From the IMG/VR virus record IMGVR_UViG_2898571807_000002, positions 36,977-100,976 of that record: a DNA stretch of 64,000 bases; one strand, 5' to 3'. Numbering within the stretch: the first letter of the stretch is position 1; every line of letters starts with the position of its first letter. Source of the stretch: a virus (Duplodnaviria; Caudoviricetes). The notes beneath the pieces were generated by a model. The model made no database searches. It was not told the origin of the DNA and was given only the letters and a program-made list of their open reading frames with translations. This document shows, in pieces, positions 19,469 through 28,513 of this stretch. Made by a program: the position numbers and the translations under genes.

Positions 19469-21309
19469 CCCCGGGCGTCAAATGCCTTCCGCCACGCATG
19501 CATCTTGTCGCCCACATGGGCCGTGGCCTGCTCGTACAGCTGCTCCCAGTCCTGCACATGGGATGGCGGGACCCACAGCTTTCCTTCGAACACGGGCGCG
19601 ACGGTGCAGGAGCAATTAGATACAATTACTCCATTAGCTCGGTACCAGCCCGACTCCGTCTGAAAGTTGAAAACTTGGCCACGAAACTCACGGTGAGAGA
19701 GATCGACGATGCGGTCGCTCTCTACACGTCCGGAAAGACGTTCCAACAGGTCGCGGCCATACTTGGCGTAAACGCCAGCACCGCCTACGTCGCCATAACC
19801 CGTCGCGGGGTCAAAGCGCGACATGCTACCGCTGATAGGGCCATGCTTGACCAAGCGGTCAGTCTGTACGTCAGCGGCATGACCGGACCCGAGGTCCGGG
19901 ACGCCATCGGCATATCCACCAGCACGCTCCACCGGGAGTTGCGTAAACGTGGGATTCCTGCCCGCAGCCGCAGAACAAACATCCCATCTGCCGACGTGGT
20001 CTCCGCATACCTCGCCGGTGAAAGCCAACTCTCGCTCGCTACCCGGTACGGAACCTCGCGACCAGTGATCCGGCGGATCTTGGTCGAGCAAGGGGTTCAA
20101 CCGCGCGATCGGAGTGCGGCCAGTACGCTCGCGATGGCTGCGCTCACCGACGAACAGCGCGCCGACATGGTCAAAAATGCTCACGCGGCAGTCCGCGGGC
20201 GCGACGTCTCCATGGAAGAACGCATCTTGCGCTCGCAGAAGCGGGAACGGACCCAATCCCATGCGACTGGCCGTGAACGACAGTTCGGTCGCCACATCAG
20301 CTTCCCTGATGTGATCCCGCAGAAAGCGATCGGCCCCTACAACGTCGACTTTGCTGTCGGTTCCGTCGCCGTGGAAATCCTCGGGGGTACCTGGCACGCT
20401 TACAAGGCCGAGCATGCCCATCGCACGCCATACATCCTGAACCAGGGCTGGAACATGCTCTTCATCTGGGACAGACAGCAAGCTCCCCTGTGCATTGAGG
20501 CTGCTGAGTACGTCGTCGCCTTCGCGGAGGAGTCCAGCAGGCAGCCAACCCTGCACCGTGAGTACCGGGTGATTAGGGGTGATGCGAAGCTCGTGGCCTG
20601 CGGCGGTGCGCAGGACGACCAGTTCCCCCTCATAATCCCGTCGATAGCCAACTTCCGCGGCAGGGCCATCAACTAGCGTCCCGGCGGGCACACAGTGGTC
20701 GTGGAACTTGTACTGGCCTTCGCCCTCGAAGTTCCGGTTCGCTCGTCGGCCGGCGGTCTGCCGCGACTTGAAGACCGCGCCGCGGAGCGCCATCAAAGCG
20801 CAGAAGTAGCAGGGGTCAGAGTCTGTGATCCTCGCCCACGCAATCGCGCGGCGATCCTTCAGGACGCCCTGATGGATGGTGTCGCGTGCGGTGTCCGCGA
20901 CCGCTTTCTGCGCGGCGCCGATCACCTTGGTCTCGGCGTCTGCGAGGCGCCGCTCGATCGGCGGCGGGCTGTCACGTTGCGGGATCCACAGGTCCTTCGT
21001 CGCCCACCGCAGCGACGTGTCGATCTTCGTCTCCGGCACATCCGGCACGTCGATGTGGAAGGTCCCCGGCACGCGGGCGAGTTCGCGTTCGCTCTCGAAG
21101 TAGTCGGCGGCGAGCGACCCTGCCATGTCAGCGTGCTTGGTGATCGCCGCGTCCGCCGCGCGCAGCCACGCAGGCACCGTCGACCCGAATGACCCGAGCC
21201 TCACCAGCCGAAACGACGCAGCGATCTGCTTAGCGATCTCCTGCAGGATCTTGAGCTGCTGGCGGTGGTATTCAGCCGCCCGCGACTGCAGGCTCACCAG
21301 CCACCCCAC
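19465..21309 (-). CDS. MuF-like / capsid maturation protein containing an intein
   Basis: WARITDSDPCYFCALMALRG...FHDH-[intein]-CSCTVAP; lies between portal and scaffold. Confidence 0.85.
   Translation of the reverse strand: MGWLVSLQSRAAEYHRQQLKILQEIAKQIAASFRLVRLGSFGSTVPAWLRAADAAITKHADMAGSLAADYFESERELARVPGTFHIDVPDVPETKIDTSLRWATKDLWIPQRDSPPPIERRLADAETKVIGAAQKAVADTARDTIHQGVLKDRRAIAWARITDSDPCYFCALMALRGAVFKSRQTAGRRANRNFEGEGQYKFHDHCVPAGTLVDGPAAEVGYRRDYEGELVVLRTAAGHELRITPNHPVLTVQGWLPAGLLREGDDVLSSLNAQGSLLSVPDEEHVPALVQDVWRAMGMLGLVSVPGTPEDFHGDGTDSKVDVVGADRFLRDHIREADVATELSFTASRMGLGPFPLLRAQDAFFHGDVAPADCRVSIFDHVGALFVGERSHRERTGRTPIARLNPLLDQDPPDHWSRGSVPGSERELAFTGEVCGDHVGRWDVCSAAAGRNPTFTQLPVERAGGYADGVPDLGSGHAADVQTDRLVKHGPISGSMSRFDPATGYGDVGGAGVYAKYGRDLLERLSGRVESDRIVDLSHREFRGQVFNFQTESGWYRANGVIVSNCSCTVAPVFEGKLWVPPSHVQDWEQLYEQATAHVGDKMHAWRKAFDARG
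19615..20694 (-). mobile_element. Intein (Hint domain), 360 aa
   Basis: Block A CVPAGTLV, block B LRITPNHPVLT, block F/G VFNFQTESGWYRANGVIVSN/C; excision restores HDHCSC. Confidence 0.9.
19675..20676 (+). CDS. HTH-repeat plus DUF559/Vsr-like endonuclease encoded antisense within the intein
   Basis: Three HTH-like repeats (LYTSGKTFQQVAAILG, LYVSGMTGPEVRDAIG, YLAGESQLSLATRYG) followed by QKAIGPYNVDFAV..VAVEILGGTWH...GWNMLFIW; TTG start inferred. Confidence 0.8.
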   Translation: MATKLTVREIDDAVALYTSGKTFQQVAAILGVNASTAYVAITRRGVKARHATADRAMLDQAVSLYVSGMTGPEVRDAIGISTSTLHRELRKRGIPARSRRTNIPSADVVSAYLAGESQLSLATRYGTSRPVIRRILVEQGVQPRDRSAASTLAMAALTDEQRADMVKNAHAAVRGRDVSMEERILRSQKRERTQSHATGRERQFGRHISFPDVIPQKAIGPYNVDFAVGSVAVEILGGTWHAYKAEHAHRTPYILNQGWNMLFIWDRQQAPLCIEAAEYVVAFAEESSRQPTLHREYRVIRGDAKLVACGGAQDDQFPLIIPSIANFRGRAIN

Positions 21310-22705
21310 TCGATCCCTGCGGCGGCGTGGACTGCTCGGGGCCGTTCACGATCGTGTCCAACAGCGTCGCACCGCGGGCGCGCCGCCGATCAGACTGGAC
21401 CCGCTGCCTCTGCGACTCGGTGAGACCCACCATCTCCAACGTCACATCGCTGTCGGCCGGGAGAATCCCCGTCTGCACCAGCTTCACAGCCGCGTCGGTC
21501 TGGGATGCGATGGTCGGGGTTGCGGCGTTCCGCCATACCGTTTCGATCCGCCGCGCACGGTCCGGTACCTCGCCGTTCGCGACGAGCAGCGCCAGGCGTA
21601 GGACGTTTCCCCACACTGCGGACAAGACCGTCTGCTTCCGCTCGGCGCGCTTCACGAGCTGTGCCTCCGTCGAGCGGATCGCGTCCGCCGAGGCCGGGTT
21701 GTCGGTCGTGTAACCGAGATAGTGCGGCGGCAGACCAAGCTGGGTCGCCATGATCCGCGCATACAGGTCAACGATCTTCGTGTACGCGGACGGGTCGTAC
21801 GCGGCGAACGTCCCGACCGTGGGGATCTCACCGTCCTCGTCCCGCTCCAACGCAAGGACCCGGCCGATGTAGGTCTCCCACGCGCTCTTCGGGTTCCCCT
21901 CAGCATCCTGAAAGGCGCTCTCGGACGTGCCGAGGATGTACCGCTGCGGCGCCCCGTAGAACTCCCGCGCGACCTCCATCCCCAGCAACGTGCGGCACGC
22001 CGCGTCCGTGATCGACATGACCGCCGGGGTGATCTCCGACCGGCCCGACCGGTCCGCGACCCGCTGCCGGTTCGCAATCCGCACCACCGTGACGACACCC
22101 AGGCCGTGCAAGTCGCGGTCGACGACAATCCAGCCGCCGTCCGTGGACTCCTCCAGGTGGACTGTCTGCTCCGGCAGATACAGCACCGCCGCCTGCCGGT
22201 CGGCGTCCTTGTACAGCCGCAGCGCCGACGTCACCGCCCGTTTCCGCGCGTCATAGAACAGGGTCATGTCCAGCGGCGACTCGACCGTGATCACCGGCGG
22301 GTCGCCGTCCTCGTCCGCCGACCCCACCGCCACATACGACCGGCGGTAAATGAACGAGTCCAGGTGCGCGAGCTGCGACTCGGCGATCAGCTCGTTCGGC
22401 TCCCACAGGTCCTCAAGCTCGCCCGACTCCTCCGGATCGTCGGCGTACCGCCACGCCTCGATGTCGAGGCGCTGCTCCAGCGCGTCCACACCGATCTGCG
22501 GCCACCCGATCACCGTGTGAAGGCCCTTGAGCTGCGGGGGGATCGAAATCCCCAGGTCCCGGATGAGCTGCTCGCCGTTGTAGTAGCAGTCCCGCAGCTC
22601 CATCTGCCACCGGCACGCCATCAGGTCCGTGCGGAGCGCGTCGAGCAGGTTCGACTCGTCGTCCGACAGGTTCAGCAGCGGCAGGTCCGGGATCGTGACG
22701 GTCAC
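21272..22705 (-). CDS. Portal protein (SPP1 gp6-like)
   Basis: YYNGEQ...GWPQIGVDAL...GRSEI...NPASADAIR motifs. Confidence 0.93.
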   Translation of the reverse strand: MTVTIPDLPLLNLSDDESNLLDALRTDLMACRWQMELRDCYYNGEQLIRDLGISIPPQLKGLHTVIGWPQIGVDALEQRLDIEAWRYADDPEESGELEDLWEPNELIAESQLAHLDSFIYRRSYVAVGSADEDGDPPVITVESPLDMTLFYDARKRAVTSALRLYKDADRQAAVLYLPEQTVHLEESTDGGWIVVDRDLHGLGVVTVVRIANRQRVADRSGRSEITPAVMSITDAACRTLLGMEVAREFYGAPQRYILGTSESAFQDAEGNPKSAWETYIGRVLALERDEDGEIPTVGTFAAYDPSAYTKIVDLYARIMATQLGLPPHYLGYTTDNPASADAIRSTEAQLVKRAERKQTVLSAVWGNVLRLALLVANGEVPDRARRIETVWRNAATPTIASQTDAAVKLVQTGILPADSDVTLEMVGLTESQRQRVQSDRRRARGATLLDTIVNGPEQSTPPQGSSGVAGEPAVAGG

Positions 22706-24387
22706 GCCAGCACCACCGCCCTGCCCTTGCCGCGCCGGCCGATGCCCTTGCTCACCGCGTCGATACGCGCCTGCCACGCGAGTGTCGCCGCGACCGCAGC
22801 GTCGATCTTCCGCCGCGAATCCGGGTGCTCCTTGGCGATCTGCAAACCGGCGCGGGACGGGCGCCGGCGCGCATTCAGCACATGCCGCGTCAACGTGAAC
22901 GACCCGTCATGGGTGAGCTCACCGTTGATCACCGCCGCGTGGAACTGCTCCAACGCCCGCACGACCGCCTGCGGACGGTTCATCCACCACTCGATCGGGT
23001 GCGCCTGCGAAGACCGGACCCGCATCCGACGCCCGTAGGCGTACTCCCACTCCGCCACGAACGACCGCCAGTCCGCGGCAGGATCCGCGTAGAACCCGAC
23101 GACCTTGTACCTCTGGAACGCCGACCGGACCGCCGCCTCGACCTCCGCGGTCGGCACCCACCAGTCCTTGCCCGCCGGACCGTTCGGCTGCTCCCACACC
23201 GCGACCTCGAACAGAAACCCGTCCGACACCCGGCACCCGATCAGCGCGGTCGCATCAGCCACGCCCCGGTTGCGGTGCTTGGACCCGTCGAACCCCAGCG
23301 TGATCCGATCCCCCGGCGCCACCGTCTTCGACGGGTCCGCGCAACCCGCCCACTCGTGCGGCGCCAGCCAAGCATCCGTCGCGCCGGTCTGCGCGTTCAG
23401 GAAATAGCGCCGCGAATCCACCGGGTTCTTGCGGGTGTCGTAGAACTCGTCGACGATCCCGTCGAAGTCGTTCCACTCGATCGCCTCACCGAACGCCTCA
23501 AGAATCGCCGCCCGCAACTGATCCTCAGCCGACAAGTCCTCGCACTCACCCCACCGGTGGTCATACAGCAGCCGGGCCCGCCGCGACCGTCCCTCCTGAA
23601 TGTGCTCGGCCAGTTGGAACGTCGCCTCCGCGGTCGACTCCTCACCGGCGGCGAACATCGTGGTGGTCTCCAAGAACCACGTGCCCGCGCCCTTCTTCCG
23701 CTTCCGCAGGTTCCGGGTGACCGTGTCGTACATCCGCCGCAACTCCGGCTGGTTGTACAGGTGCGTCTCGTCGAACACCACGAACGTCTCCAGGCCGCCG
23801 TCCTTCGACGCCGACGACGCCGTCGACGGACGAATCTCCCCGCCCCCCGGCAGATAGATCCGCGTCAAGCCCGCGTCCATGCCCGGGATGTGCGACAGCA
23901 GCGCGTCTCCGTCGGTGAGGTTGAAGAACACCGTGTCGTAGACGTTGCCGGTCTGGCCCTCCTCAGTGGCCATGCACCGGATGAACGGGGACGTGACATG
24001 GCGACCCATCGGCTCACCCGGCTCGTACACATACCGGAACCCCAACCCCCACGGGTCCTCGTACACCTCACCGCCGGACGCCCAGCCCGCGAACCGGCAC
24101 GGCCCCAACGCCTCGAACACAGCGAGCCGACCACCGAGCCCCGACTTGTCGCAGCCCTTCGGCCGCGAGAAAAACGCCGAGTCATACAACCGCTGCGTGT
24201 TCTCCGGCTCGTCGCCAATCGCGTAGCAGTCGACGATGAAGCCCGTGAGCTCATCACCGTGGCTGACCGGCTGGCCCTGCACGTCGCCCCGGCCGTGGAC
24301 GACGAAGTACTCCATCCACACCGTCGCCAGCCACCCCAACGACCGGTGACGGTCATGCCCGGGGGCCCGGACCAGCGTGCGCGGCAT
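22702..24387 (-). CDS. Terminase large subunit
   Basis: SRPKGCDKS Walker A variant, VVFDETH Walker B, LGFDGS nuclease motif, KIDAAVA. Confidence 0.95.
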   Translation of the reverse strand: MPRTLVRAPGHDRHRSLGWLATVWMEYFVVHGRGDVQGQPVSHGDELTGFIVDCYAIGDEPENTQRLYDSAFFSRPKGCDKSGLGGRLAVFEALGPCRFAGWASGGEVYEDPWGLGFRYVYEPGEPMGRHVTSPFIRCMATEEGQTGNVYDTVFFNLTDGDALLSHIPGMDAGLTRIYLPGGGEIRPSTASSASKDGGLETFVVFDETHLYNQPELRRMYDTVTRNLRKRKKGAGTWFLETTTMFAAGEESTAEATFQLAEHIQEGRSRRARLLYDHRWGECEDLSAEDQLRAAILEAFGEAIEWNDFDGIVDEFYDTRKNPVDSRRYFLNAQTGATDAWLAPHEWAGCADPSKTVAPGDRITLGFDGSKHRNRGVADATALIGCRVSDGFLFEVAVWEQPNGPAGKDWWVPTAEVEAAVRSAFQRYKVVGFYADPAADWRSFVAEWEYAYGRRMRVRSSQAHPIEWWMNRPQAVVRALEQFHAAVINGELTHDGSFTLTRHVLNARRRPSRAGLQIAKEHPDSRRKIDAAVAATLAWQARIDAVSKGIGRRGKGRAVVLA

Positions 24388-24839
24388 CAGCCCGACAGCC
24401 GAGCCCGCCGCGACGAAATGTCGGTCACCGACCCGCCATCAACTGGCGCATCCGGCCCCGGCTCCGCCGGCGTAGGCAGCACCTCCATCCGCAAGCGCAG
24501 CCGATCCTCCGGCGTCGCCCCGAACTTCGCCGCCCGCAACCTCAACTCCGACGCGAACTCCCACCGGCCCTTCGTCCACATCACGTGATGCATCAGCGCC
24601 GTATCAACCAGAAAGTCCCAGTCAGTCGCCGTGAACGTCTGCGCCTGCGGCGACCGCCGCCACGTCTCCCACCACATCACCGTCCGCGGATGCCACGACT
24701 CCCCATCGGGCAGCACACCCTCCGGCAGGTCAGCACCGCGAACCACACCATCGACCGCGAGCTCCGTCATCGGCTTCGGGTCCGCGTTGCGCCGCCGGCG
24801 CTTCGCCGGGTCCTTCGGAGCAGGCCCGTGTCCAGCCAC
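24387..24839 (-). CDS. Terminase small subunit
   Basis: GPAPKDP...WWETWRRSPQA...ASELRLRAAKFGATPEDRLRLR; directly upstream of TerL. Confidence 0.9.
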   Translation of the reverse strand: MAGHGPAPKDPAKRRRRNADPKPMTELAVDGVVRGADLPEGVLPDGESWHPRTVMWWETWRRSPQAQTFTATDWDFLVDTALMHHVMWTKGRWEFASELRLRAAKFGATPEDRLRLRMEVLPTPAEPGPDAPVDGGSVTDISSRRARLSG

Positions 24840-24899
24840 AGAGAGTCACCACCCCTCGGGCAACGCAAGATCATCAAGGGGCCCCAGACCTGTACGCAC

Positions 24900-25130
24900 A
24901 GGCTGCGGCTACATGGGGCCGGGCGGGGTTCCGGCGGGGAGGGGGCTACCGCCCCAGGGTGTCAAGGCTCTGACCTGCCGTTATGCGGGCTTTGGCGCTC
25001 TGACCTGCAATAACTGGTCGTGTGACTCTGTGTGACCGACTCTGGATCATGGTCGATGCTGCTGATCAGCGATCTTGAGCGTCGAAGATCGATCATGCTT
25101 TGCGGTCAGTCGATCAGGTGTCGATCACGG
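24900..25130. other. Putative packaging/terminus (cos/pac) region
   Basis: Non-coding gap upstream of terS; G-run GGGGAGGGGGCTACCGCCCC; 12-bp direct repeat GCTCTGACCTGC (24967, 24997); GATC cluster. Confidence 0.45.
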
Positions 25131-25259
25131 TCGTCGATGGGCGTCGAGGCGACCTGTGCCCTGCGTGGCAGGCACACCGTGCCCTGGCTGGGGTGGAGGT
25201 ACGGGTGGGGGTGGGGCTGGGGCTGGGGTGCGGTTGGCCTCACGGTCCGAGGTGGCACG

Positions 25260-25444
25260 TCAGGCCTTCTTCCTCATGCCCTTGCGGGTTGGGAGCCTTC
25301 GGTATCGGACACCCTTGCCGCCTGGCGTGGCGTGTGCATGCTTCCTAGCCCAAGACTTGTGAGTGGCGAAGGCCCATCTCCACTGGATAACTGAGCCTTG
25401 CTGCGGAAGCCGTGATACTTGCCGCCGCGCTTGGCCACTGTCAT
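25260..25444 (-). pseudogene. Small basic phage protein disrupted by an 8-nt insertion
   Basis: GGAGGTG RBS; removing TTATCCAG (25383-25390) gives MTVAKRGGKYHGFRSKAQWRWAFATHKSWARKHAHATPGGKGVRYRRLPTRKGMRKKA*. Confidence 0.6.
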
Positions 25445-25456
25445 CACCTCCTGTGG

Positions 25457-25711
25457 TCAGCAGGCTGGGAGCGCCTGCACCAGGACACCTGCGATGCCTG
25501 TGGCGATGACGAACTCCACGCCTGGGAACGAGTCGCGTAGCCCTGCGAGCATCGCCTTGCGGTCGTCGTCGGATGGTTCATCGGCGATGGCGAGGAGGAC
25601 ACGGTCTCCGGGGCGGAGCACGATCATCGGGGGCTGGGTGTCGGAGCGGAGGACCTGCTCGGGCTCGAAAACCCCGAACGTGACGTCGTCGGGGTTGGGG
25701 GGTTCGGTCAC
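25457..25711 (-). CDS. Hypothetical protein
   Basis: Coupled ORF (GTGA overlap with the upstream gene). Confidence 0.6.
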   Translation of the reverse strand: MTEPPNPDDVTFGVFEPEQVLRSDTQPPMIVLRPGDRVLLAIADEPSDDDRKAMLAGLRDSFPGVEFVIATGIAGVLVQALPAC

Positions 25712-25959
25712 TTCCGCTTGCCGTTGCCCTTGCGCTTCCGGCCGGCCGCGGACATGGCGCCCATCTTCTTCGCCCCGTACTTCTTGCGGCCCACGCTCGC
25801 GGCGACGGCGTTCGGGTCGCGGGCACCGGACTTGGCGGCCGAGGCGGCGACCTGCTTGAACCGCTTCCCGGAGCCGAGCTTGGGGGCCTTGCCCTTCGTA
25901 CCGCCGCTCTTGGACTTGCCGCTGCTGGACTTCTTCGCTGCCACCGTGGTCACCTCCAA
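25708..25959 (-). CDS. Small Lys-rich basic protein
   Basis: KLGSGKRFKQ...ARDPNAVAASVGRKKYG; GGAGGTG upstream of a probable internal start. Confidence 0.65.
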   Translation of the reverse strand: MEVTTVAAKKSSSGKSKSGGTKGKAPKLGSGKRFKQVAASAAKSGARDPNAVAASVGRKKYGAKKMGAMSAAGRKRKGNGKRK

Positions 25960-25996
25960 CTTCAGCGCTGGTCTGGCGGCCGGTTGGCCCCTGCGG

Positions 25997-26581
25997 TCAG
26001 GCGCTCTTGAGCCAGGCCCAAACCTTGCCGTTGCGAATTTGTCTTATCAGAGACTCGCTAACCCCGTACCGATCGGCCAGGAGGGCATGTGGTGCCGATG
26101 ATGCGCGGATCTCAAGGACATCGGCCTCCTGGAGCTTCGCGCCAGGGTTGTCGGATCCGAGGTCTGTCCGCGACTCAAAGCGGCGGGAGTTACATCGAAG
26201 GCACGTCGGAACGAGGTTCGTTGGTGTGTTGTTACTTCGATCCCAATCCAGGTGATCGGCCGTCAGGGTGCCGTCTTCCCACGACACCATCCGCTCACAC
26301 CAATGACAGGCGTGCGTCCCGGGACCAATGGCGTCGTACAGAACCGCTCGGTGAACATAGACGTAACCCCGCTTGTTGCTGAGCGGGTGGTTCACGACCA
26401 TCTTCCTGATGTAGCCGTCTGGACGGAGATTGCCCTGCCCGTTCGGCCTGTGCCGGAGTTCCAACCCGCCAGGGTCTCCGTGCTTCTTCCAACGCCTCAC
26501 ATGAAGGGAGCACCATCCATGCGAATCGTGAGGGCGAACGCAGCCCTCAACGCCACAGACACGTTTAGGCTTGTTTGGCAC
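25997..26581 (-). CDS. Free-standing HNH homing endonuclease (Zn finger, HNH, C-terminal HTH)
   Basis: CGVEGC...GWCSLH; YVYVHR; DHLDWDRSNNTPTNLVPTCLRCN; NPGAKL...LADRYGVSESLIRQIRNGKVW; CATAAT -10 box 6 nt before the GTG. Confidence 0.85.
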   Translation of the reverse strand: MPNKPKRVCGVEGCVRPHDSHGWCSLHVRRWKKHGDPGGLELRHRPNGQGNLRPDGYIRKMVVNHPLSNKRGYVYVHRAVLYDAIGPGTHACHWCERMVSWEDGTLTADHLDWDRSNNTPTNLVPTCLRCNSRRFESRTDLGSDNPGAKLQEADVLEIRASSAPHALLADRYGVSESLIRQIRNGKVWAWLKSA

Positions 26582-26616
26582 ATTCTAATTATGGCAGACA
26601 AATTGCCTATCGTTGG

Positions 26617-26919
26617 CTATCTGACAATGCCTGGGTGAGCTTCCGCTGGTCTAGTGCGCTTCGGCTTGCGGGCCTGGGCTGCGCGTCCGCCCTCGGCCGA
26701 TGATTTGGTCTGGTGGCAGTCGAAGCAGATCGCTGCGAGGTTGGCGTCACTGTCGTCGCCGCCTGCTGCGCTGTTGGCGACGTGGTCGACGTGTGTGGCG
26801 TGGTTGCCGCACTTGTAGCAGGTGTGGTTGTCGCGGGTGAGGATCCGGCGTCGGATCTTGTCCCATCCAGTGGGCAGTGTCGCTTTCCGGGTGCTGGTCT
26901 TCCACTGCCCGTTCGGCAT
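26617..26919 (-). CDS. Packaging-associated HNH endonuclease (gp74-like)
   Basis: RDNHTCYKC...VDHV...NLAAICFDCHQTKS. Confidence 0.85.
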   Translation of the reverse strand: MPNGQWKTSTRKATLPTGWDKIRRRILTRDNHTCYKCGNHATHVDHVANSAAGGDDSDANLAAICFDCHQTKSSAEGGRAAQARKPKRTRPAEAHPGIVR

Positions 26920-26944
26920 CAGGCACCACCCGCCAAGATCGCCG

Positions 26945-27655
26945 TTACCCGCGGGTGGCGACTGCTGACTTGTCGCAGGTCACAGGCTCGGAGGTCAGGG
27001 CACGGATCGTGTCGACATCGCCCGCGTCACCGGCTGCGAGGTACCGCTGGTAGCGGGCGACGGCTGCGTCGTACGCCGGGCCCGACTTCGGTGGGCTGTC
27101 GTGGTGCAGCGCGTACACGCGGCCTTCGTGGCGGACGGGTTCCGCACCGAGTAGAAGCCGGTGGCTGATAAGCCATGCGACGTCTTCGGGCGCCCAGCCA
27201 CGGAAGTGCTCGTCTTGCCCGCCGCACGCCCACCAGGTGGCCGGGGTGGTGACGTACACACCCGACGTGGCAGCGAGGACGACGAGGTGTGCGCAGCGTT
27301 CGAGCGGGATGCCGTCCAGGAGTTGGTCTGTGCCGTCGCGGCGGAGAGAACGGTACTGGTCGTAGGGCAAGTGGACTCGGGTGTCGCCTTCCGCGTCGTG
27401 GATCGCGGCGAGGAGCGGCTCACGCTCGGGGAGAGTGTCCGCGTCGGCGAGAACCGCGACGTCGTACCCGCCGACCTCAGCAGTGCGGACGGCCTTGTTG
27501 CGGCACGCGGCGAGGCAGAACGGCTCGTGGTCGGTGTCAACGTCGATCACGTCGGCGTCCGGGAGCAGGTCCCGGTACCGCTGGACCGTCAGATCATGGG
27601 CGTACACGCGGTGAGGCTGAGAACGCCAAGGGATGCCGACGAGGACGCGGGTCAT
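26945..27655 (-). CDS. GT-A (GT2/GT7C-like) glycosyltransferase
   Basis: IPWR...CRNKAV...DADT...GGQDEHFRGWAPED...ALHH. Confidence 0.85.
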   Translation of the reverse strand: MTRVLVGIPWRSQPHRVYAHDLTVQRYRDLLPDADVIDVDTDHEPFCLAACRNKAVRTAEVGGYDVAVLADADTLPEREPLLAAIHDAEGDTRVHLPYDQYRSLRRDGTDQLLDGIPLERCAHLVVLAATSGVYVTTPATWWACGGQDEHFRGWAPEDVAWLISHRLLLGAEPVRHEGRVYALHHDSPPKSGPAYDAAVARYQRYLAAGDAGDVDTIRALTSEPVTCDKSAVATRG

Positions 27656-27960
27656 CGCCGACTCGCTGCGCGTAGGAACAGGTACGCCTCACGCTGCTCC
27701 GCCGGGAATCGGTCGGTAGGTGCACCGCAGCGGGGGCAGATCAAGGCGCGAAGCGGAGTCGGTGACCCCATGTCGTCGTCGGGTTCGATGTGGCCTTCAC
27801 GGGAGCACGCCTCCACGGCGGCGAGGTGTCTGGTCTCGCGTTCCTCCGCGTGGCGTTCCGCGTCCAGGTCCCGCTCGATACGGCGGATGGTCGCGTAGTC
27901 CGGGACCTGCTTCGGACGGGCTGTGAAGCGGCGCAGGGCACGCTCGGTGAGACTAGTCAC
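27652..27960 (-). CDS. Hypothetical protein with CxxC
   Basis: Translationally coupled ORF. Confidence 0.55.
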   Translation of the reverse strand: MTSLTERALRRFTARPKQVPDYATIRRIERDLDAERHAEERETRHLAAVEACSREGHIEPDDDMGSPTPLRALICPRCGAPTDRFPAEQREAYLFLRAASRR

Positions 27961-28355
27961 GGCTGGTTCTCCGTCAGCTTCCGCATCAGCGCCTCCGGAG
28001 GGCGACGCGGCGGGCGGCGCATCCCGTTGGTGATCACAGCACCCATGAGCGCGATCAGTTCGTCCACCCGCCTGCGTTCATAGTCCAGGTCAGCGCGGAG
28101 CGTCCGCATGTCGGTGGTACCGCCGTAGTGGCCGGCGAGAGCCTCTAGAAGAGCGCGTGCTTCGCTGTCGCCGATCCGAAGTGTTGGCTCAACGTCAAAC
28201 CGTTCTGTGGGCAGGTCGGCCCATTGGACCGCTGTGGCGTCTCCGCCCTCGATGATGCGGAGAATCCGGGAGGGGCGTTCACCGTCCTGTTGGTCGACCA
28301 GGTACACGGCGAGCGACAGGGACGGAAGGTCCTCGCGGATGTAGGCGCGGATCAC
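27957..28355 (-). CDS. Hypothetical protein
   Basis: Coupled ORF; GTG start inferred. Confidence 0.6.
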   Translation of the reverse strand: MIRAYIREDLPSLSLAVYLVDQQDGERPSRILRIIEGGDATAVQWADLPTERFDVEPTLRIGDSEARALLEALAGHYGGTTDMRTLRADLDYERRRVDELIALMGAVITNGMRRPPRRPPEALMRKLTENQP

Positions 28356-28513
28356 GACGCGCTGTTCTGGGCGCTGGTGATGACCGCGCACACAATCTGC
28401 ATTGCCTGACCCTCAGTGAACCCGGCCGCGACGAACGCCTCGTAAGCCTCGTGGAGTTGAGCCGCGCCAGCGGCGAGCTCGGTGATCGGGTCCGCGGGCA
28501 TGTTGTCGCTCAC
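28352..28513 (-). CDS. Small hypothetical protein (absent from the ORF track)
   Basis: Hand translation MSDNMPADPITELAAGAAQLHEAYEAFVAAGFTEGQAMQIVCAVITSAQNSAS; coupled at both ends. Confidence 0.65.
   Translation of the reverse strand: MSDNMPADPITELAAGAAQLHEAYEAFVAAGFTEGQAMQIVCAVITSAQNSAS

Noticed and set aside
19393-19674. N-terminal extension of the antisense endonuclease ORF
   Set aside because: It lies mostly outside the intein, overlaps extein and P-loop coding sequence, and begins upstream of the putative -10 box; TTG 19675 is the more plausible start
25185-25230. G-rich run GGGTGGGGGTGGGGCTGGGGCTGGGG (possible G-quadruplex or pentamer tract)
   Set aside because: It has a 6-nt period rather than GGYNN, and G-runs are common near phage termini; no further support
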